Below, piece by piece: positions 8,499 to 15,841 of a stretch of 64,000 nucleotides of DNA. Numbering within the stretch: the stretch's first letter is position 1; every line of letters starts with the position of its first letter. The stretch lies in the IMG/VR virus record IMGVR_UViG_3300027898_000001; one strand, written 5' to 3'. Made by a program: the position numbers and the translations under genes. The notes beneath the pieces are model-generated. The model did not search any database. It was given only the letters and a program-made list of their open reading frames with translations, and had not been told where the DNA came from. The stretch comes from a virus. Taxonomy: Duplodnaviria > Caudoviricetes.

Positions 8499-9399
8499 TC
8501 CAACCAACTCCTATATGAGATTCACGAATAAAATTGGTACTAGGTAAAATCAATTCAGTGCCATTTTCCAACATATACTGAACACAAAACTTATCTCTAT
8601 GTCCTTTTACTACACTTACAGAAGTGACAAGTACGGGATGTTGTACATTTTGTAATATATACATACGTCCAGGCACAGGTAACTCTCTATCTTCTTCCCT
8701 AGGGATTGGAATAAATGGATTACTGTCTTTGTACATGTTTTCTATAGTTAGTCGAACAATTACAGGAACAGAAATTTCTAAACTTATGTTTATGTTTGTC
8801 CTGGTATAATTAACATAGGTTAATTCGATACTTATACCAGGACCATAATCATTAGGCGATATGGTCAGAACCAACTTATAATCAGAAATAGTTTCTTCTA
8901 ATGAAAATTTCTTTATAATACGATGTGTAATAAAATCCTGCATTCTATTATGAAGATAATGGTTAATACGAGATTTGGCAACACTAATAGTGCAACCTAT
9001 GTTATCCTGCAATCTATAATCGTTTAATTCTGCAATTAATGTAGCTATTGCTATAATCGTACCTACAGAAAAATCTGTTCCAGCAACACTATTACCAAAT
9101 ACTACAGGTGATGTACCGTTGTATGGTGCAATACAATTAACCTGATTCTGCATTAAAATATCTCGATACGCCTGAGTTACTGGACCGCATCGAAATCTTT
9201 GATTCGCCGTATAGGTTGAAAATTGACTAGCTAGAGAATTCTCCATAACACTATCAATATATTTACGCACAACAATTTGGTTTTCTTTGTCACTTGACGT
9301 GTTCACAAAATAGTTTAAAGTAAATGGTGGTATTTTATCATCAACAAAACTATCTGGAAACCACACGTTGTAATTGGTTGGAACTAAAACATATAACAT
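8464..9399 (-). CDS. protein containing a tail-sheath C-terminal-like segment
   Basis: RDILMQNQVNCIAPYNGTSPVVFG aligns with RDALDQAQINCIRFIPGRGYVIWG of the sheath at 60492; ATG at 9399 after GAGG. Confidence 0.55.
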   Translation of the reverse strand: MLYVLVPTNYNVWFPDSFVDDKIPPFTLNYFVNTSSDKENQIVVRKYIDSVMENSLASQFSTYTANQRFRCGPVTQAYRDILMQNQVNCIAPYNGTSPVVFGNSVAGTDFSVGTIIAIATLIAELNDYRLQDNIGCTISVAKSRINHYLHNRMQDFITHRIIKKFSLEETISDYKLVLTISPNDYGPGISIELTYVNYTRTNINISLEISVPVIVRLTIENMYKDSNPFIPIPREEDRELPVPGRMYILQNVQHPVLVTSVSVVKGHRDKFCVQYMLENGTELILPSTNFIRESHIGVGWNEFKNHTVSIA

Positions 9400-9400
9400 G

Positions 9401-9811
9401 TCACAAGACCTCTTTAAATGTGGCGAAGACTGCCTTACCACGAGTCTTATTTGCATTCATACTCACGGCGTTCGTGATGCAAACACCACTGAACACGGAA
9501 CACTTCTGATTATCACGACCATAATCCGCTACAGAATCCCGCAACAGTTTCCAACCGCCACGATTTCTGTATCTTGGTTTAACGTAGGATAATGCTATAT
9601 AAATAGCGTCAGCATTCAATTCATAAAACTGCACAATACCAACAGGCGTATCTTTATGCAACAACAAGTAAGCCATAGTTTCTGTGCGAAATTCTAATCC
9701 GTAATGACGATCAACATAGCCAACTTTTAACAACTCTGCCTGCGCCTCTACAACTAATTGCATGGCACGTAAAGAGTTGGCAGTATTGAGAATTAGTTGG
9801 GTAGTAAACAT
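9401..9811 (-). CDS. GNAT family acetyltransferase
   Basis: SYVKPRYRNRGG acetyl-CoA binding motif A; 136 aa. Confidence 0.75.
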   Translation of the reverse strand: MFTTQLILNTANSLRAMQLVVEAQAELLKVGYVDRHYGLEFRTETMAYLLLHKDTPVGIVQFYELNADAIYIALSYVKPRYRNRGGWKLLRDSVADYGRDNQKCSVFSGVCITNAVSMNANKTRGKAVFATFKEVL

Positions 9812-9813
9812 AA

Positions 9814-10095
9814 TTAGTCTCCTGACGCTTCGTCAGAAAGACTCTCATCCACTTCGTAATCAACACCTCGAATACAAAGCTCTTCTTCATTTGTATGTAC
9901 GATAATACCGTCAGGCCTGCGCAGAACATAAAGTGGAGATTTTTGATTTACTTCAAACACAACACCCATGACTTTAGCCATGAAATGTTCCGCACCTTTC
10001 TGCTTTAGTTCGACAATCTCTTCCAAAGCATACTTAGAGGTGAAATGGCCTTGAGGTACTACTTCTTTTGATTCTACAAATACTTCTGTACTCAT
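9814..10095 (-). CDS. hypothetical protein
   Basis: ATG at 10095 after GAGG. Confidence 0.7.
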   Translation of the reverse strand: MSTEVFVESKEVVPQGHFTSKYALEEIVELKQKGAEHFMAKVMGVVFEVNQKSPLYVLRRPDGIIVHTNEEELCIRGVDYEVDESLSDEASGD

Positions 10096-10096
10096 G

Positions 10097-10333
10097 TTAC
10101 ACCTCTGTTTTAGGAATTTCTTTACCTGCGGCTGCGAATACATTTGCGCGAAACTCATCACACAGCGCGTTCAATGTTTTTGCATCCAAATCTTTCAAAT
10201 CAAATGAGGTACCTAATTGTAAGTTATGCACTGTAATACCCTCTTGTCTAGGACGTACAACAGGTGCTTTAACAATTTCTACACGCTTAGGTACTTCAAA
10301 TGGTTTTAATTCTATGTTGATAGTTATTGACAC
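10097..10333 (-). CDS. hypothetical phage protein
   Basis: GTG start overlaps the upstream TAG; LDAKTLNALCDEFR motif. Confidence 0.7.
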   Translation of the reverse strand: MSITINIELKPFEVPKRVEIVKAPVVRPRQEGITVHNLQLGTSFDLKDLDAKTLNALCDEFRANVFAAAGKEIPKTEV

Positions 10334-10797
10334 TATACCTTCTCCTCATCAAGTCTTTCATAAATATAGTAGCAGTACACAAACTGAATTGAATCATCTT
10401 CATCATACAGGTACTCATGTTGCGGTGTATGATTGCCAATATAATCTCCCCACTTATGCCAGCGCCAACCACCACTGCTAGATTGCTCGCTTTTATGTAC
10501 AGGTGTTATTGTGACAACGAATTTGCGATCAGGATCATTTACTAACATGGGACAAAAGTCTAGCAAATTTTGAGCACTATCACAAACACCATAGGCTTCA
10601 ACATAACAACCGTCACGATTAACTAGGTTTTCAGGATACCGTTCATAATATCCACGTAGAAAATCACTTGAACCGAAATGACCTATTTCATATACGCCAG
10701 TTATAACTTCATGTACGTTTTGAGAATTGCCGTTTATACGTGCTATTGTATTTAAAATTGGGTCACCTACTGTGACTCTGTATTCAGGTACTAACAT
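10333..10797 (-). CDS. conserved hypothetical phage protein (GGWRWHKWG motif)
   Basis: GGWRWHKWGDYIG motif recalled from large-phage hypothetical proteins. Confidence 0.7.
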   Translation of the reverse strand: MLVPEYRVTVGDPILNTIARINGNSQNVHEVITGVYEIGHFGSSDFLRGYYERYPENLVNRDGCYVEAYGVCDSAQNLLDFCPMLVNDPDRKFVVTITPVHKSEQSSSGGWRWHKWGDYIGNHTPQHEYLYDEDDSIQFVYCYYIYERLDEEKV

Positions 10798-10805
10798 AAT
10801 GCTAC

Positions 10806-11108
10806 CTATCGCTGTCTGGTACGTGTAAGTCCAGATAACATACCAAAGAAATATGCGTACACCTCACGTTCAGTTTGTACACACGTTAATTGTTGGAATG
10901 GTGCAACACCGCCTACCTCAACATACAGTTCATACGACTTTGTACTAACAGCACGACTGAACAATCCGCCACGTGTCGTATGTTTACGTTCAAGTAGTTG
11001 CCAATTCTTTTTAGTAGCGAGACGGATTTCCTCTAAATACCCTTGCAGTTCTTGATTCTCTAGTGGAATGTTTTGCTCGTGCTCATGTAAGAATGTTGTA
11101 GTTGTCAT
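10806..11108 (-). CDS. hypothetical protein
   Basis: ORF with AGG RBS. Confidence 0.7.
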   Translation of the reverse strand: MTTTTFLHEHEQNIPLENQELQGYLEEIRLATKKNWQLLERKHTTRGGLFSRAVSTKSYELYVEVGGVAPFQQLTCVQTEREVYAYFFGMLSGLTRTRQR

Positions 11109-11116
11109 AATACACC

Positions 11117-11539
11117 TTAAATGTGAGTAAAACCCGCTACTACCATTTCACCACACGCAGGACAATGATACTGACCAAGAGGTTCGAATATTAGCATTTC
11201 AGGATGTTCTGTACAGCTAAAGTCGGAGTTCTTGAAAACTCGAATTAGAATAACCTTTGAGGACATGCGTCTGGCGTGCACATGCAAACCTTTCGTAGAT
11301 AACAAACTTACAAAATCTTGCAGCAGTTTGTCGTACTGAAACTGTGGAATAGACTCATCATCTTGTTTAAATAGGACATCAAACACTTTTATATCTGATG
11401 GAATACCCACGTATTCGACATGGTTCCACGCGAAGTTTGATGCTTTGGTAGGGTCTGGAAGCAGTGTGTGCGAGGACTCTAGTACAACATGCTCAGGCAG
11501 AGTAATTCGATCAAATTTGTGCTCAAATATTGTGGTCAT
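11117..11539 (-). CDS. hypothetical protein with C-terminal zinc ribbon
   Basis: CTEHPE...YHCPACGEMVVAG. Confidence 0.7.
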   Translation of the reverse strand: MTTIFEHKFDRITLPEHVVLESSHTLLPDPTKASNFAWNHVEYVGIPSDIKVFDVLFKQDDESIPQFQYDKLLQDFVSLLSTKGLHVHARRMSSKVILIRVFKNSDFSCTEHPEMLIFEPLGQYHCPACGEMVVAGFTHI

Positions 11540-11546
11540 GGTGGCG

Positions 11547-12455
11547 TTACTCAACGATGTTAAATGATACATTAATAGTTTCAACTGCCGCTATAGGGGT
11601 TATTGAAACCATAGCTGACCTAGTTTTATGCTGTGTTGGAAAATAATGATAAAATTTAACCACGTCTTCCTGAGAATCTTCACCATAAACAATTTCATGT
11701 TCTGTAACAAATAGAGCCAGTTGCTTTAATACTGAGGCTTTACCAGATACGTTATTGAAGGGTACTTTAAACAATTTCAACAAATGGTATAATGCTATTG
11801 CATACAGTCGCTTAATATGGTTTGGATACAATTCTTTCCACGTTATTGTTTTTGTGTAAATGTTTGACACTGAGGCTTTTTGAATTTGTTTTTTATCTAC
11901 ACAACCATCTAAATGTTGTTGTATTGCCTTGTGGGTGTCAAAATCATTATCGAATTCATACAAGGCTTTAGCCGCATTTGTTTTTAATGTATCCATAATA
12001 CCATTAATAGTAAGGGTATCAAATAATGCATAACCAGTTGTAGTCTTAGGACCTAACACAGGTCGTGGTGTATCATACAGAAACATTTCGGCAGCAGTGT
12101 GGTCATGATCTGCAATTGGTGTGCGTTTATACGCGAAGTCCCAATTACGTAAAAGCGCTCGCGATAGTGTAGTGCCGAAGGCATCTTCTGGCGCAATACC
12201 ATAACCATAATGTTTTACCAATGCGAAACGGTAATAAGTGTAGGCTTGGACTTGTGCTATGTGATTGTAGTTCACACTGTCGCCACTATCAACAATGTGG
12301 AATGCACGTTTATTCACAATCTCTACAGTAAATGATATGTCTTCATTTAATGTGTCACATACAACCACTTTATCTGTAAGCGTAGATACAGATACGTTAT
12401 GTAATTCTGAACACGCTTGTAATAACTTTTCTTGTAATTCCAATGCGGTAATCAT
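11547..12455 (-). CDS. protein containing a tail-sheath C-terminal-like domain
   Basis: VLGPKT...IMDTLKTNAAKALYEFDNDFDTHKAI...SITPIAAVETINVSF matches the sheath pattern WGxxT...LKxxxxxxVYEPND...VxPxxxxExIxL. Confidence 0.55.
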   Translation of the reverse strand: MITALELQEKLLQACSELHNVSVSTLTDKVVVCDTLNEDISFTVEIVNKRAFHIVDSGDSVNYNHIAQVQAYTYYRFALVKHYGYGIAPEDAFGTTLSRALLRNWDFAYKRTPIADHDHTAAEMFLYDTPRPVLGPKTTTGYALFDTLTINGIMDTLKTNAAKALYEFDNDFDTHKAIQQHLDGCVDKKQIQKASVSNIYTKTITWKELYPNHIKRLYAIALYHLLKLFKVPFNNVSGKASVLKQLALFVTEHEIVYGEDSQEDVVKFYHYFPTQHKTRSAMVSITPIAAVETINVSFNIVE

Positions 12456-12679
12456 ACTTCCTTAACCTCGATTCTGCGAGCAAGCTCCAATGAATTTCCA
12501 GAACTATCAAATTGCAAGGAAGTTCTGTTATCAGAATATCCTAATACTCTATGTGTTCTAGCGCATACCATCTTATTTACAGCTATGTGATTTGCATTCA
12601 CTATTTCAACTTCTTGTCGAATATCACTGAACGTGCGGCGTCTGCGTCCTTTTAATCTTTCTACAACGTCTGCTTCCAT
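12452..12679 (-). CDS. hypothetical protein
   Basis: ATGA overlap with the next gene. Confidence 0.6.
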   Translation of the reverse strand: MEADVVERLKGRRRRTFSDIRQEVEIVNANHIAVNKMVCARTHRVLGYSDNRTSLQFDSSGNSLELARRIEVKEV

Positions 12680-12688
12680 TAAAATATC

Positions 12689-12910
12689 TCAACTAAAATT
12701 TTTAAGCCATTCTTCTTCTGATATTTCTACCCAATTTACAGCAGCACCTTCATCACGACCTATAGGTATAAAACCGATACTACAATTTTCTTCGGCAACT
12801 AAACAGTTATTGTACATTGTAGAATTCACTTCACCTACAATTTTAATTTCGCGTCCACCTGTATGGCGATACGCTTTACCTATTTCAAAGCACGGCATGA
12901 TACTAAGCAC
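12689..12910 (-). CDS. hypothetical protein
   Basis: GTG start 1 nt after the RNase H stop. Confidence 0.65.
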   Translation of the reverse strand: MLSIMPCFEIGKAYRHTGGREIKIVGEVNSTMYNNCLVAEENCSIGFIPIGRDEGAAVNWVEISEEEWLKNFS

Positions 12911-12911
12911 C

Positions 12912-13343
12912 TCATGTGTTACATGCAGTTGTGGCTAACTTGTCCGCTAGTTCATTAAAAACATTACCATTATGCGCGCGAACCCAAAACCATTGTATAT
13001 CGTGTAGGCTCACATCAAGTTGTTCCCAAAATTCTTTGTTCTTTACAGGTTTTCTATCGACTGTACGCCAACCATTACGTTTCCAGCCAGTTAGCCATTT
13101 TGTGATACCATTATACACGTATTGGCTATCAGTATAAATGCTAATAGAAGTACCTGCACGAAAAACACGATTTGCAAATTTAACGGCTTCAATAGCTGCT
13201 TGTAATTCCATCTGATTATTTGTGGTATTTGCAACATATCCCGATAAATGCTTTTGCTTCTTACCATCTGTTATAACAACACCCCAACCACCTGGGCCGG
13301 GATTACCTTTACACGCACCATCAGTGTATATTTGAATGGGCAT
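12912..13343 (-). CDS. rnhA: ribonuclease HI
   Basis: IYTDGACKGNPGPGGWG, TNNQMEL, TDSQY, WKRNGW, NELAD; ATG at 13343 after GAGG. Confidence 0.95.
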   Translation of the reverse strand: MPIQIYTDGACKGNPGPGGWGVVITDGKKQKHLSGYVANTTNNQMELQAAIEAVKFANRVFRAGTSISIYTDSQYVYNGITKWLTGWKRNGWRTVDRKPVKNKEFWEQLDVSLHDIQWFWVRAHNGNVFNELADKLATTACNT

Positions 13344-13376
13344 ATTATTAAACCTCTTATCATGTAGCATATAGAG

Positions 13377-13400
13377 AAAAAGCGGCTTTCGCCGCTTTTT
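13377..13400 (-). terminator. intrinsic terminator
   Basis: AAAAAGCGGC-tttc-GCCGCTTTTT. Confidence 0.85.
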
Positions 13401-13741
13401 TATACTGTTACTGGCTTCAAAACACTGTGTGGTGCTAAAGCTGTAACTTGAATTAACTCAACTTGTACAATGCCAGGATTCGGTTGAGAATCTAAAACTG
13501 CTTCGATTAAATCCTCGTACTTGGTGTGCAACTGTTCGATTGTCAAAGACGTTGAAACCAATTGATCTTCTTCCTGTACAAGTTTCTCGGTTGTAAAACC
13601 TTTCAGTGTTTTAAATTCTTCCGTAGTCGTAATCTTGAATGACAAGCGGAATACATTAATCGGTTGCACGACTGGAATAACTTCGGGTGCAGTAATAGTT
13701 GTCGAAGCACCTCGTGACGATTTAGTAGCTTTTGGTGGCAT
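13400..13741 (-). CDS. hypothetical protein
   Basis: AGGA RBS; ends at the terminator. Confidence 0.75.
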   Translation of the reverse strand: MPPKATKSSRGASTTITAPEVIPVVQPINVFRLSFKITTTEEFKTLKGFTTEKLVQEEDQLVSTSLTIEQLHTKYEDLIEAVLDSQPNPGIVQVELIQVTALAPHSVLKPVTV

Positions 13742-13805
13742 TTTTAAATTCCTGTGAAATTATGTGTGAAAGTGAGTAGTCTTTGCTACATATAGTATTT
13801 ACACT

Positions 13806-14669
13806 TTATGCTTTTGCTACTGTACCTGATGCTTTTTGCGCTTCATATTCTGTGGTTAAATATGTCAATAAATCGTCCACATTCAAACCTGTACCTGCTG
13901 CTTTTTGTGAGTCACAGTAATCTGTAAGGAATTCATTATCTTCACGTCCACTCCAGATTTTGAAGTAATCGTTTGAACGCTGTCCGTTTGAAGTACGGAA
14001 GATGTTCAACAAGTTTTTAGAAACGTAAATTTCATAAACGTCATTAGCAGTTACGCCAAAAGCATCGTACAACGCATGTAATAACGCCCAGTTAGGTTCC
14101 GCGTTATTCAAAGTAGTGTGACAGAACTGTTCCAATAAATCTACTACCGGGAATTTAGTAATATCAACTTCTGCATGAACACCGTTAACAGTTTCAGAAG
14201 GGCTGAATTGAATCTTCTCATACGCATCGTTTGACGCATACTTACCAATAGGCTCAATAGTGATAGTATTGTCCATTGTTGATAGTTCTTCTGCAACATC
14301 GTGTAATACGTCTTCTGTTTCCGCTTCGGTAAATTCGTAACCAACACCTGGAGGTACATCTTCATCACCGAATGCTAATGCTACATAACCAGCCCGTAAA
14401 GAGTGCGACAATGCAAAATGGTGAATATCAATTAATTCTAACACAGCTTGTGGAACATTAGTTGGAGTCTTTTTCCACCATTTATAACCAATATGGTCGA
14501 TAGCTTCGGCAGCTTCTTTCCAACCAGCGCGATAATACTGAATATCACAATTACAACTTGTGCGCCAGGCCTCAGACATTACATCGTTTGCTTTACCTTG
14601 TAGCAACAGCATATCGCGCATTTGTTGATAGGTAAAACGAATCTTTGGTGTATAAAAAGCTAATGACAT
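13806..14669 (-). CDS. dut: dimeric (all-alpha) dUTPase
   Basis: EAAEAIDHIGYKWWK, ELIDIHHF, YVSKNLLNIFR, KIWSGREDNE dUTPase_2 motifs. Confidence 0.88.
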   Translation of the reverse strand: MSLAFYTPKIRFTYQQMRDMLLLQGKANDVMSEAWRTSCNCDIQYYRAGWKEAAEAIDHIGYKWWKKTPTNVPQAVLELIDIHHFALSHSLRAGYVALAFGDEDVPPGVGYEFTEAETEDVLHDVAEELSTMDNTITIEPIGKYASNDAYEKIQFSPSETVNGVHAEVDITKFPVVDLLEQFCHTTLNNAEPNWALLHALYDAFGVTANDVYEIYVSKNLLNIFRTSNGQRSNDYFKIWSGREDNEFLTDYCDSQKAAGTGLNVDDLLTYLTTEYEAQKASGTVAKA

Positions 14670-14698
14670 AAAAATACCCTACTATTTTTGTGATTTAA

Positions 14699-14998
14699 TT
14701 AACGGAGACTTGCATCTATTGGTTGATTTGCTACTACAATACGAACACCCATGTAATAACAGGAAGCTGGAACATCACCCAATTCAGGAACGCGAGTAAG
14801 ACCACGAGGTGCAGGTGCTGTACGATCTGCATAATACTTATCAGAGTTTACAACATCTTTGTGGAAAGGAGAATTAATAAAAGCTTTCATTTCGTCCGCT
14901 GACAATGTAATCTTTTCGATAGATTGATTGTTTGCTACTGCCGTAAGAATAGCATTACGGACTTGTCCAACAATAGTTGTGTCAAATACTACTTGCAT
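14699..14998 (-). CDS. hypothetical protein, weak resemblance to the capsid A-domain
   Basis: Clear ORF with AGGT RBS; see findings. Confidence 0.65.
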   Translation of the reverse strand: MQVVFDTTIVGQVRNAILTAVANNQSIEKITLSADEMKAFINSPFHKDVVNSDKYYADRTAPAPRGLTRVPELGDVPASCYYMGVRIVVANQPIDASLR

Positions 14999-15010
14999 AA
15001 AATATACCTA

Positions 15011-15796
15011 TTAGTTGTCTTCAAGTTCTCGGATACTGATAAGCTCTATGCTTGCGTGGCGGGCAATATCTTCTACCTCACCATTGCTATCATAGGTATC
15101 ATCATAAATAATACGTTCAGGTTGTGCTATTGATAAAAGGCTCATACATGTTGCGCAGGGTCTTGACGTAACATACATTGTGCTACCTTCTAGTCTAATA
15201 CCTAACTTTGCCGCCATACCAATCGCGTTTTGTTCAGCGTGATTACAAGGACATAAGTGGAGACCTTCACCTGTTTTGCAACCACGTTCTACACGTAAAC
15301 AAGTTTTTGGATGAGGTGAACCCGCAGCAACCCCATTATAGGCACTCATAACAGGCACTTTGTTTTGAACTACCTGCACACCAACTGCGCGACCAGCTCG
15401 ACACGTTGTACGACCAGCTGCCCAGAAAGCGCCACGCATAAAATGACGATGCCAACTTTCTCTAGGCCGTTCAAACACAAACCCATAGTGGAACGTAATT
15501 ACAGGTTGTTGTTCAAACAAGTCATCACTATCAAAATAAATGGATAGTGTATCACGATATTTAATTATCTTAAATTGCTTACGTTCATTCTCAGAAATAT
15601 CATAAGCCATATTTAAAAAGACTTTTGCCATTTCAAAGAAAGTTTCATCCGAACAAGTTATTGGATAAAGTTGTTCTAACACGTTACGTATAACACTGGC
15701 ATTATGCTTATCAATAAAAGGCTGAAACTGCTTCATTTGCTTCAAACCGCTATTGATAACATCTGACGGTGTAGGGTCTTGCGCTAACCTTGACAT
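15011..15796 (-). CDS. dCMP deaminase with N-terminal extension
   Basis: SAYNG, HAEQNAI, PCATC zinc-deaminase motifs. Confidence 0.9.
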   Translation of the reverse strand: MSRLAQDPTPSDVINSGLKQMKQFQPFIDKHNASVIRNVLEQLYPITCSDETFFEMAKVFLNMAYDISENERKQFKIIKYRDTLSIYFDSDDLFEQQPVITFHYGFVFERPRESWHRHFMRGAFWAAGRTTCRAGRAVGVQVVQNKVPVMSAYNGVAAGSPHPKTCLRVERGCKTGEGLHLCPCNHAEQNAIGMAAKLGIRLEGSTMYVTSRPCATCMSLLSIAQPERIIYDDTYDSNGEVEDIARHASIELISIRELEDN

Positions 15797-15841
15797 AGTA
15801 ACTCCGTATACACTTTAAGATAAGATATTATTCTTTTACAG

